A model generated the notes under the pieces. It saw only the letters and a list, made by a program, of their open reading frames with translations. It did no database searches and was not told where the DNA came from. A DNA stretch of 64,000 nt, taken from NCBI GenBank assembly GCA_020137815.1, contig CM035352.1, positions 5,084,001-5,148,000 on the forward strand, given 5' to 3'. Origin of the DNA: Hormiphora californensis. Its lineage: Eukaryota; Animalia; Ctenophora. The translations under genes were made by a program, and so were the position numbers. Positions 25,801-37,800 of the stretch are shown one piece after another (within the stretch, counting starts at the first letter, position 1; the number at the start of each line of letters is the position of its first letter).

Positions 25801-28800
25801 TCCTGTGTGTTTTTTTTGGTTGTACTTCACTCGTAGGTTCCTGGTTCAAACCCGGTTTAAACTACAAAGACAGGGCGATGCACATTCTCACTCTCTATCT
25901 CTATCTCTATCTCTCGACCTCAAAAATCCGGCCTCGTTTAATTAGTCCATTACGGCCATTGACTGCAGGCAGGAGCTCGAGATCTTTTTCTGGGTGCGAG
26001 TTCTTTCCCTCTCCCTCTTATCTATCTGAGATAGTATCCCTCTCTATCCATGTACTATATTTCCCCCTCTAATCTTGCTGAGTCATGGGTGGATTCCTCA
26101 TCAAACTCAACAACTCTAATCCATCAACCCCCATGACGGTGCACCTGCCTGGATCACTGCACACCTGAACACTTCTCTTCTGAGTGGCCTGATTTCTAAT
26201 TAATATTATTTCTTCAACTTCTTCGTCCATTATTATTCTAATAACTTCAAATAAACTCTATTAAATATATATAATTGCTCTTTTGGTATAGTCCACCTGT
26301 CATCATATACTATTTAGATCAGGCCTATCCCAGCTCCCAGTGGGAGTCCCACTTGCTCCATGATCCTGCTTAAACGTATCCACCTGTACTTTAACAGTTT
26401 TACTGGCTCTTTGGGTGAGGACGAATGAGTAGATAATGCCCTAATTGCGGCTTACAAATGCTATTCGTCCTTGCACCGGTTTATAATATAGTGTTGTATT
26501 GTGGCGATCCAAAACAAATATTATTATGTTCTAACCCTCGTCCCTCCTTTATATTTGTAAAAGATAGGGCGTGGAGAGAGCTGTTGCCTCGCTGTCACCC
26601 CCGAAACACACCGACCTATTCCGCGATGCTGCGTTGTGGGGTTCACGTGCGTGTGATGAGTGCTGAAAAAAAGTACTCTGCGCTCTCCCTCGCAGTCTAA
26701 TCACTGTCTCTCACTTTTAGTGAGAGAGAGTTGATCACGTGTAAAGGGAGGGTTAGAACATAACAAGAGAGCTGAGAGAGGGTCGAACAAAGCAAAACTA
26801 AAACTCGTGTTCTTACTTTTGGGATAGTTTACGCTCCAGTTGCAGATTGGAGGCTGGCGCCAGTTTCTGGCGCCAGCCTCCAATCTGCAACTGGGAGAGT
26901 CCCTGTGCGCGCGAAATCTTCGTTGACTAGCAGGGTTTTCGATGTGATTTGCATCTAGAGTGGCGCGCGCGGCAGTGTCAGCAGTGTCAGCAGGGGCCTG
27001 CACCATTGTAACTAACTTCGGTCGCAAAATCTCTAACTGGACCCCTAGATGACATGCGAGAGAGATTACCGGAATTTTAGTCCAATGAAGCACGTGCAAT
27101 GCACGTCGTGCATCCAGTCATTATTTTCTTCTTTTCTCTTTTATAGGGGGGGGGGGACATGTTAATTTTGTTAACTTTGTTAATATTAACATCGAAAAAA
27201 CAGGTGATTTATTAACATAATTAACAAAAGTTAACAAACATTAACAAATGCCATTTATGCCATCTAAAGTCCCTTTAGCACGTGTTTTTTGGTTCTACAC
27301 TTGCTGCTGTTCCTTCTGCTGTTCCTTCTGCATGATTTGCATGCCCCCAAGCCGTCTACTACAGCGTTCCCACAACGATTTGTTCCATTTTGTTAATTCG
27401 AACAAAAACTAGCCAACCTGAACCGCAATTGAGGTCAAATGACACTAATCCACAATTTCCAACCTTAAAAACTTAATAAGACTCATAGATTTACCTCCAA
27501 TGGAAAAATATCTCAAAAATAATTTTCTCTAAAAAAACACAAGGATTTGTAGCGAAGCAAATTTTCAATTTTTGACCAAAAAAGCAATTTTGGTAATTTT
27601 GGGGGGGGGGGGTCCAGCCCTAAAAAAAGCTAAGCTAACGGCCAAAATCAGGGTACCTTTAGCTTTTTTAGCTTTTTTTTAGTTTTTTTTAGCTTTCTTT
27701 AGCTTTTTTAGCCTTTTTTAGCTTTTTTTTTAGCTTTTTTTAGCTTTTTTTAGGCTAAAAAAAGCTAAAAAAAGCTAAAAAAGCTAAAATTGAGTTTTTA
27801 GTGGATTCATATAGGTTCGAATCCCGCTGACGCCAAATTTTTTTAACTTTTATTATAACGTTTTATAACGTTTTTTGAACTTTTTTAAAACTATTTTTAT
27901 CAAATTTGAATAATATTTTTATCGAAAAAATGTCTCCAGAAAATGGCAGTAGGGGTGGATACAGAAATTGCTATGTATGGACATAAACGGTAGATTATGG
28001 TAAAAAATGTGCAGGAAATGAACAAATGCAGTCAATAGACGTCCGGAAGGATGAAAATTTAATGGAAAAGTGTCAAGATGAATGCTGAAAAAACATAAAA
28101 AGTAGGGCTAAAAAAAGCTAAAAAAAAGTTAAAAAAAGCTAAAATAAAAAACGCTATCGACCAAAATCAGGGTACCTTTAGCTTTTTTTTGGGGCTGGAC
28201 CCCCCCCCCCCAATTTTTTCCGTATTTTTCGAACAGAAACGTTGTACATCACTTTCTTTCGTCTGAAGAATGGATTATCAATGAAAAAATTACATTCAAG
28301 TGACATTTTACACGCTAAATTGAAATATTCGTACTCTTTGAATTTGATCGATTTGGAGCCAAAAAACTTGTATGTCGGACTTTGGTTATCGGAGGAGGCC
28401 TTGCATGGGTATACAAACGTTAGATAAGTCATTGAACTATAAAATTAAATCAGTTAAAGTCGTATTATCAACCGATAACACCAATATTTTAGCATTTGTT
28501 AATTTTGTTAATTTTGTTAATTAACAAAATCGGAAAAAAGAGGTGATTTATTAACAATTAACATGTCCCCCCCCCCCTTTTATATTCTTTTTGTTCTTCT
28601 CTGGCTCACTATAGTCACTATCCAAAGCCTACCATTTTATTGAATTCCCCTGATCCAGAGCATGACGTATGATGCATAGCAGTGCAGCGATTTCATTTGC
28701 ATTCGTTCTAGTTCTCTCTACTAGTCTTGTGAGTATCAAATAGCAAACAGCTTTCTCCAATTCCAGTGTGTCTGGTTGATTTGCGTCTTCCCTGTTATTT

Positions 28801-31800
28801 GTAACCATTACTCCGTGTTTAGAATCATGTCCCAGACAGCCAATACAACATCACCACACACTCCATACCGTGGAGACATTACAACTAATGGTTATGTCTC
28901 TTCTGTCTCGAAGCCATTCTTCCAAGGATCATACTTGGGAACGGATATGAACATTTTGTTGGCGGTTTTCTGCACCGTTATCGGCCTCCTGGCCATTTTC
29001 CTCAATGCTATTGTTGCAATCATCAAAGGACAGAAACCTCGGCATCTCTCGAACAATCTCTTCTTGATGCTGTCAACGAGTGATGGTATCACCGGGGTGT
29101 GCGCATTGTTTCATACTGCCATCTTCATAGTTTTCATGGCAATTCTACCACAGCAAAATGCGCTATTTGTCGATCCGGGTGACCCAAAGTTCGAAATTCT
29201 TTTCTATACTGTTCTGCCCCTTTTTTTTAGAATGAAGTATTTGCAATTTTGGCGATTTTGAGTTATTTATACCATCTTGATCAGGAGAAAAAGATCTACA
29301 AGATGGGCTAAGTCTCGTGTCTCAATCTTCAAAAAATAGAGTGAAGTGTTTTTTGTGAAGTACTTTTATTTTTGAAAAACTGCAGAAAAGTGAAGCAAAT
29401 GGCAATTGCTTCGCTAATATAATTCGGAAATAAATACTGCTTCGTTAAACTTTTCTACCATAGAAGTAATAACCGCAGAAAAATTTGCTTCAGTTGTTTG
29501 CTTCATTTAAAAAATTCTATTGAAATACTTCAATCAGCTGCAGATTTTGTTTGAAGTATTGTCCACTCAGAAGATACTTCACTTCATTTACTTCAATTTG
29601 AAAATGCTTCATAAATCAGTTGCAGATTTTGTTTGAAGTATTTTCAAATCAGAAGATACTTCACTTCATTTACTTCAATTTGAAAATGCTTCATAAATCT
29701 GTGGAATTCAAATGCTTCTTGTCGCATCCAGAAAAAATACTTCATAACTTAAGAATACTTCATTTTTTATTATAATATGTGCCATTTATAACACAAGTCC
29801 GGCCAAATGAAGTAATTTCCAAGATTTGTTCTTTGCTGCAGCATCATCATGATGAAGGTCGAACGGAGGCGATCCCTATAATAATTATTCTATTCTGAGT
29901 AATTATAATTATCGTTCACATCTCGAATTACTCATCCTCACCGTCACAACTACGTCACTCCAATCTCATTCTTCGAACTTAGAACCCCACATTCAAAGGT
30001 AGCATTATGTTCCAGTACCGTACTGTCGTAACGACACAACACAACCAGTTGTTAGGTAACTCAACAAGTGGAGAAGAGATGTCTGGGGGCCGGGGTGATC
30101 ATGATTCTGGGATTATCTCTATGTAAGAGTGTCACTCTGAGACAAAGAGAGAGAGACACCACAAACAGTGTTGTCAAACACTGACCTCATAAGGTTTTAT
30201 AAGTTATTGCCCTAGCGTTTGGTTTCAAATTTACATCATTCCGAAAGGCTAGGGGGCCAGCTGCAGCTGGTTTGAAAACTCAACCTGTCTGGAGTTCAAA
30301 TAGTAGCTAACGGACATCCGTGTGTATCGTATCATGCTGCAGCGGTACAATGTTTCTGTCACTCTCAGACATTTGTTGTAAAATAGTAAAAAATATAGGG
30401 TAAGCCATTTCTCCCACCACACGCAGCTGCTGCTTAGTTAGCCACCATGTACATTGAATGTATACCCGTTTCGTTTTGTCTCTCCTATTGCAATTACAAT
30501 AAACCGTTTTTATTATGATAATAATTATTGTTATCAGGACGTGATTTAAAAGCACGTTACCCTGTTTTTGATGAAACTTCGGAGCCACGAGGGTTAATTG
30601 ACTATGACTATGACTATGACTATGACTATGACTATGGTCTGTCATGGTCTGTCATGGTCTGTCATGGTCTGTCATGGTCTGTCATGCTATAGAGATATCG
30701 ATAAAGAAAGAGTAAAAAGTAAGAGAAAGAGTGAGACAAATTTGATAAAAAGATAGAGAAAAAATAGAGTTAAAAGTGACAGAGTCAAAAATACTTTTAC
30801 AAATACCGGGGACTCGAACCCGGAACCTCGAGGCTTATACGACAATGCCCTAACCACTACACCATCTCCCTTTGTCACACTTGCACCTTGTCTCCCTTTG
30901 TCACACTTGCACCTTGTCTCCCTTTGTAACCCTGTCACCTTGTCCCCCTTTGTCACCCCTGTCACCTTATCTCCAACTGTAACCCCTGTCACCTTGTCTC
31001 CCACAGTAACCCCTGTCACCTTATCTCCCTTTGTCATCCCTGTCACCCTGTCTTCCTTTGTCACCCCTGTCACCTTATCTCCCTTTGGCACACTTGCACC
31101 TTGTCTCCCATTGTAACCCCTGTCACCCTGTCTCCCTTTGTCACCCCTGTCACCTTATCTCCCTTTGTCACACTTGCACCTTGTCTCCCATTGTAACCCT
31201 GTCACCTTGTCCCCCACTGTAACCCCCGTCACCTTATCTCCAATTGTAACCCCTGTCACTTTGCCTCCCACTGTAACCCAGTCACCTTGTCATCCAATCA
31301 ATCATCCCGTCAGTGATCAGTCAGTGATCAGGTACTATCAGGAGGCAGGATAACCCGGGGAAGGGGGTGACCTAGGGAAGGAGGTGAGTTAGGAGGCAGG
31401 ATGACCTGGGGAAGGGGGGTGAGTTAGGGGTCAGGATAACCTAGGGAAGGGGGGTGAGTTAGGAGGCAGGATGATCTAGGGAAGGGGGGGGTGAGTTAGG
31501 GGTCAGGATGACCTAGGGAAGGGGGTGAGTTAGGGGTCAGGATAACCTAGGGAAGGGGGGTGAGTTAGGGGTCAGGATAACCTAGGGAAGGGAGGTGAGT
31601 TAGGGGTCAGGATAACCTGGGGAAGGGGGGTGAGTTAGGAGGCAGGATGACCTAGGGAAGGGGGTGAGTTAGGAGGCAGGATGACCTGGGGAAGGGGGGT
31701 GAGTTAGGAGGCAGGATGACCTGGGGAAGGGGGTGAGTTAGGGGTCAGGATGACCTGGGGAAGGGGGGTGAGTTAGGAGGAGGCAGGATGACCTGGGGAA

Positions 31801-34800
31801 GGGGGGTGAGTTAGGAGGCAGGATAACCTAGGGAAGGGGGGTGAGTTAGAAGGCAGGATAACCTAGGGAAGGGGGTGAGTTAGGAGGCAGGATGACCTGG
31901 GGAAGGGGGGTGAGTTAGGAGGCAGGATGACCTGGGGAAGGGGGTGAGTTAGGAGGCAGGATAACCTAGGGAAGGGGGTGAGTTAGGAGGCAGGATGACC
32001 TGGGGAAGGGGGTGAGTTAGGAGGCAGGATGACCTGGGGAAGGGGGTGAGTTAGAAGGCAGGATAACCTAGGGAAGGGAGGTGAGTTAGGAGGCAGGATG
32101 ACCTGGGGAAGGGGGTGAGTTAGGAGGCAGGATGACCTGGGGAAGGGGGTGAGTTAGGAGGCAGGATGACCTGGGGAAGGGGGTGAGTTAGGAGGCAGGA
32201 TGACCTGGGGAAGGGGGTGAGTTAGGAGGCAGGATGACCTGGGGAAGGGGGTGAGTTAGGAGGCAGGATGACCTGGGAAAGGGGGGTGAGTTAGGGGTCA
32301 GGATAACCTGGGGAAGGGGGTGAGTTAGGGGTGAGGATAACCTGGGGAAGGGGGTGAGTTAAGAGGCAGGATGACCTGGGGAAGGGGGTGAGTTAGGGGT
32401 CAGGATAACCTGGGGAAGGAGGTGAGTTAGGAGGCAGGATAACCTAGGGAAGGGGGTGAGTTAGGGGTCAGGATAACCTGGGGAAGGGGGGTGAGTTAGG
32501 AGGCAGGATGACCTAGGGAAGGGGGTGAGTAAGAAGGCAGGATAACCTAGGGAAGGGGGGTGAGTTAGGGGTCAGGATAACCTAGGGAAGGGGGTGAGTT
32601 AGGGGTCAGGATAACCTAGGGAAGGGGGGTGAGTTAGGGGTCAGGATGACCTGGGGAAGGGGGGTGAGTTAGGAGGCAGGATAACCTAGGGAAGGGGGTG
32701 AGTTAGGAGGCAGGATGACCTGGGGAAGGGGGGTGAGTTAGGGGTCAGGATAACCTAGGGAAGGGGGGTGAGTTAGGGGTCAGGATAACCTGGGGAAGGG
32801 GGGTGAGTTACGAGGCAAGATGACCTGGGGAAGGGGGTGAGTTAGGAGGCAGGATGACCTGGGGAAGGGGGTGAGTTAGGAGGCAGGATGACCTGGGGAA
32901 GGGGGGTGAGTTAGGGGTCAGGATAACCTGGGGAAGGGGGTGAGTTAGGAGGCAGGATGACCTGGGGAAGGGGGTGAGTTAGGAGGCAGGATGACCTAGG
33001 GAAGGGGGGTGAGTTAGGGGTCAGGATGACCTAGGGAAGGGGGGTGAGTTAGGAGGCAGGATGACCTGGGGAAGGGGGGTGAGTTAGGAGGCAGGATGAC
33101 CTGGGGAAGGGGGTGAGTTAGGAGGCAGGATGACCTGGGGAAGGGGGGTGAGTGAGGGCCTGTCACCTTATATCCCTTTGTCACCCCTGTCACCTTATCT
33201 CCAATTGTAACCCCTGTCACTTTGCCTCCCATTGTAACCCCTGTCACTTTGCCTCCCACTGTCTCCCATGTCACTGAACTATCACACTCACGGGAATTTG
33301 AAATGTTTGTAAAAAATTAAAGAATACGGATACAAATCATCCAAATATTAACAAAATATATTGTCATCTAACTGTTCTGTCCTTACATTCCCACACTCCT
33401 AGACAAATACTCCTCTTCGTGAATAACCCGAATGGAGACAATCTCACTCCCGTTCCCTCTCATCGATATTATCTCTCTGTCAGACCCTTTCTCTATCTCT
33501 CAGCAACCGACCGGACCAAATAAACAACCAATCCGAGCTCATTATTCAGGTCACGTGACTGGTTATCAGCCAATCGATTGTTAAAACATGTAATGAACTG
33601 GCCTGTGTGTCTGTCTGTGTGTCTGTCTGTGATCTGTTTGTATGTCTGTGATCTGTTTGTATGTCTGTCATATTTTATGAACACGGACCTGTGTAGAGGT
33701 CGGAAGAAAATTCTTGAATCTCCAATCTCCATGTTTCACTCTGATATTACAAGCCGAACTCAACCAATTTCAAAGTATGACTCGTACCGGAACAGATTAA
33801 TCTTCCAGATTTTATCTGCAGGTTCGTCTTAGTTTGAGGGTTGCCATAGCGTTTTTCTGTTTTCGCTCAATTTATCAGCACCATGATTTTAACATTCCGC
33901 CCGAAGGGCGGGCGGCCCATCTCTTTATAATGCTGCTGCAGGCTGCTGCAGGCTGCTGCAGTTGTAATTTGTGCGTCTGTTTGTCTGTGCGTCTGTTTGT
34001 CTGCAGCTGCTGCTCTGGAGTTACTTTCAAGACTAGCAAGAATTCTAACACATTTTATACTTCACTGCGTGTTAAATGAAAATTAACTTCGTTTGTGATT
34101 TTATCCAAAATATTGAAGTAAGATTGCGATTTTGAAGCACATGTACACTTTTGTTCGATTAAGTTACTTTTAGGCATTTTGAATACAGTTCTGAAGAAGT
34201 ATTTTTAGGAATGAAGTAATTACTGAAGTATATGCAAGTGAAGTACTTTTTAGGTGCTTTTGTTGCTATTATGATGAAGTATTTTTTTGAGTGAAGTAAT
34301 TACTGAAGTATCTACCACGAAAAATTATGCTTCAGTCGATATCAGTCTAGCAACGGAAGTATTTTCAAAACTGTAATATAAGTGAAGTAACCAACAGAGT
34401 AAGGCATCAATTTTGATGCCTGACATCAATTTGAGACAAATTTGATGATAGCTGATAATTGGAAGTCCTGCAGAATTCCTTCAGGATTCTTGTGGTATAA
34501 GTCATAAATCGTTTGACGTACTATTTGGGCTTCTATGACAATTTTAGTTCCGAAAAACCCTCTAAAAAACTTTAAAGTCGATTTTCTCGAAACTTAAAAA
34601 ATGCAAATACTTCATTCTAAAAAAAAGGGGCAGTGTTATGATCACATACTTCATCAGCGTCTTTTCTATTCGCATCTCGATGGCTACAAGTGTAATTTTC
34701 ATTGGCATCCGAACTGGAATTACCCTATTTCCGCTAAGGGTTAACACCGCCCGTCAGAAGTCTGTTAACATCGTTGTCGTGGTTACCTACTTGGTTACCT

Positions 34801-37800
34801 TAGCAACCGTCATCTTCGAAATCGGATCTTCTTTTACGGTCCCACAGTTGTTTGACACAGATTCCGATGAAGCTGAATCCGATGTTGTTCGTCAAATTAA
34901 AGGAATTATAGATGACTGCTTCTATGATCCAGGGAAGAGCTACTTCGTTGCAAGAGTATTCGGATGGACTAACAACGACTACGAATTTGGTGATATATTT
35001 TTGCTAAGAATTGGAATGACACTAGTCCCGACTATTCTGGTCTGCCTGGTTATTGCCATTTGCACCGGTGCTCAAGTGTACATCCTCCTCCGCAAGACAC
35101 CAGTGAATCAGGTCGGAAACAAAGAGAAAAGAGATCACGCCATAACTTTTACCATCATTTCCATCCTGTTTGTGGTATGTAACATCGCGCCACTCTACAA
35201 TACTGTCCATGACAGTTTGGAAAAGGGGAATCTACTTGAGCGGTACGTAACCAGCTACTTTTTCATGTTCCTGAATGCAGCCCTGAATCCAATGATAATC
35301 ATCTTAAGATCCAGCGGAGGGCTGCAGAGGTTGGGCACCAAACTCAAGACCCAGGCAAAGATGCGGAGAAGGAGCACGCCTGCAACTCTGAGGACCATGG
35401 CGGGAGACGAATCCAAGAGGATTAGTGTAGAATCCAAAAGAATCAGTGCCGAATTGGGCGGGATGAGGAGTGGAGATATGAGGGCGGGCAGCGTGGAGTC
35501 AGTAGCAGTCTGCAGGGTTTCAATGTCACAAATCGCCAGGGACCACAGTTCTCAAACTTTGAACGAACTGAGGTCTGAGAATAGGGTCAGACCAATGCTC
35601 TGACAGGTCTTCGAGGTTACTCTTATAGACAGACACTATAGACAGATGAACTATTCCCAACTATCTAATTATTAGTTGTCTATTTAGCACGCCCAAAGTA
35701 GCCTAAAGCTGAGTAAATCTGGCATCTTGTTAGTCTTCAGAGCGGACAGACTTCAGAAACATTTGGTCTTTAGTTTAGAACTAGTAACTAATAGCTGTAC
35801 ACGCATCATGTTTAGACTTTCCAATTTTAGTGATTGATTTTAACAATAAATCTTGTTTAGACATTCCAATTTTAGTGATTGATTTTAACAATAATTCTTG
35901 TTTAGATTTTCCAATTTTAGTGATTGATTTTAAGAATAAATCTTGTTTAGACATTCCAATTTTAGTGATTGATTTTAACAATAATTCTTGTTTAGATTTT
36001 CCAATTGTAGTGATTAAATCACTGATTGATTTTAACAATTCAACTTGTGCTATTTACTCTCGACCATCTTTTTAAAACCCCCTACGTCACAATCCCGCCG
36101 AACAGGTGTGATAGTCTTGTGGGACTACCTGGGGGCCCTCTAAACACTTCCAGGTGGCATGGTTAACAGTGTTATTATAGAGGAGGTGGTTGATGTAATC
36201 TTGGACCACATCCAAAAAAATTTAGTGTCGGGTCCCGGAACTATTATTGTACAATAGTCATCAGTCTTTACTACAAAGTAGAAACGAACACGTGAATTGG
36301 GTTGCGGACAAGTCTCATGCTGTCTGGCGGCGCCCACCTGAGCACACTGTCTTGTACCGGGGAATCAAACCGGGGTCTGGCGCTGCCAGACAGGTCTGAT
36401 GTAAGTGTGCATCAGGAACCGACCGAATCAGGAAATACTGGTCCCTGATTCGCTGATAACCAGTCACGTGACCTAAATAACGAGTGCTGATTGGTCGTTT
36501 ACTTGTGTCGGTCGGTTCCTGGTGTGCATGTTTTACCCTTGATTGAAGGTCCGGAGTTAATATTCAGGAAGACTTTCAGCAGTTCCTCCTGTACAGAGGA
36601 GTGCCCTGACTTGGTCTTGTCTCTGATGAGCTGACCCGTGGTATCACTCCTGAAATGATGATATATAATGATATATAATGGCTCTTAAGGGTACGCTAAC
36701 CAAAAATTTTTTTCGAGTGCAGGGAAATCTCTCACCGTAGGGTTGTAGGCCATGCCAAGGAGACCTCAAATATGCAATTTGAGCTCTCAAGTCGAATTCA
36801 TATTTTTGCTACAGCTGCTTGAAAAATGAACTGAAAATAAGTTTTTGGCATCTCAAAAAAATTTTTTTAAAAATAGGAGCAAGAAAATTTGGGGATTTGA
36901 AGAGGACATGAAGGTGAATAACCACAAAATGTTTTTTTGCAATCCGAGCTGATTTCCGGTCCTGAGATGGATTTCTTTTTTTCCACTTTAACGCCCTATT
37001 TGGCAAAGTTCCGAAAACATGTGAAAGCTGTAAATTGGTGAAAAGTTGCGTCTAACGATTATCTAAGTGGCCATAAATTTTGGGCGTGTCCTTATTTGAG
37101 ATAAGCTGTACAGAGTTTTTTTGTGAAAGCCGTCATTTCAGAAATAAATAAATTCCCTGTATCTCAAAAACGGCTGATCGTAGAGACCTGAGACTATGCT
37201 TAAACGATTCAGAAGGTCCGATTTTGGGGGGGTCTACTGAGAGACATTTTGCTCCTACTTCAACCGTTTTTGCTGTAATTGCGAAAAACAAAAACCCATC
37301 TTCGCCATCGTGGATTTTTTGTGATTTTGTTTTTGGTGATTATAGGGACCCATATGGACCAAATAGTGAAGGAATTAGCTTGTTACACATTTTTCCATAG
37401 TTTCGGTCCTTTCTTAGCTAAAATTCCCTAATTACAGGATATTGGAGTTTAGCTTTTGCCCTTTTCATAGAATTTGTTTTTCGCAATTACAGCAAAAACG
37501 GTTGAAGTAGGAGCAAAATGTCTCTCAGAAGACCCCCCCAAAATCGGACCTTCTGAATCGTTTAAGCATAGTCTCAGGTCTCTACGATCAGCCGTTTTTG
37601 AGATACAGGGAATTTATTTATTTCTGAAATGACGGCTTTCACAAAAAAAACTCTGTACAGCTTATCTCAAATAAGGACACGCCCAAAATTTATGGCCACT
37701 TAGATAATCGTTAGACGCAACTTTTCACCAATTTACAGCTTTCACATGTTTTCGGAACTTTGCCAAATAGGGCGTTAAAGTGGAAAAAAAGAAATCCATC

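Larger units (their letters stand above)
29214..34633. mobile_element. 5.4-kb non-autonomous DNA transposon with cargo
   Basis: TIR CTGCCCCTTTTTTTTAGAATGAAGTATTTGCA at both ends; 4-bp TSD TGTT (29210-29213, 34634-34637); repeated GAAGTA/TACTTC subterminal motifs; no transposase ORF. Confidence 0.9.

Noticed and set aside
26100-26400. Possible decayed reverse transcriptase fragment on the minus strand
   Set aside because: Only a weak FKQ..G-like resemblance with stops; not supportable without a profile search.
30208-30256. Degenerate minimal hammerhead on the minus strand (TGATG..GAAAC in a CCTAGC/GCTAGG stem)
   Set aside because: The core lacks the C and second A of CUGAUGA and has no clear cleavage triplet.
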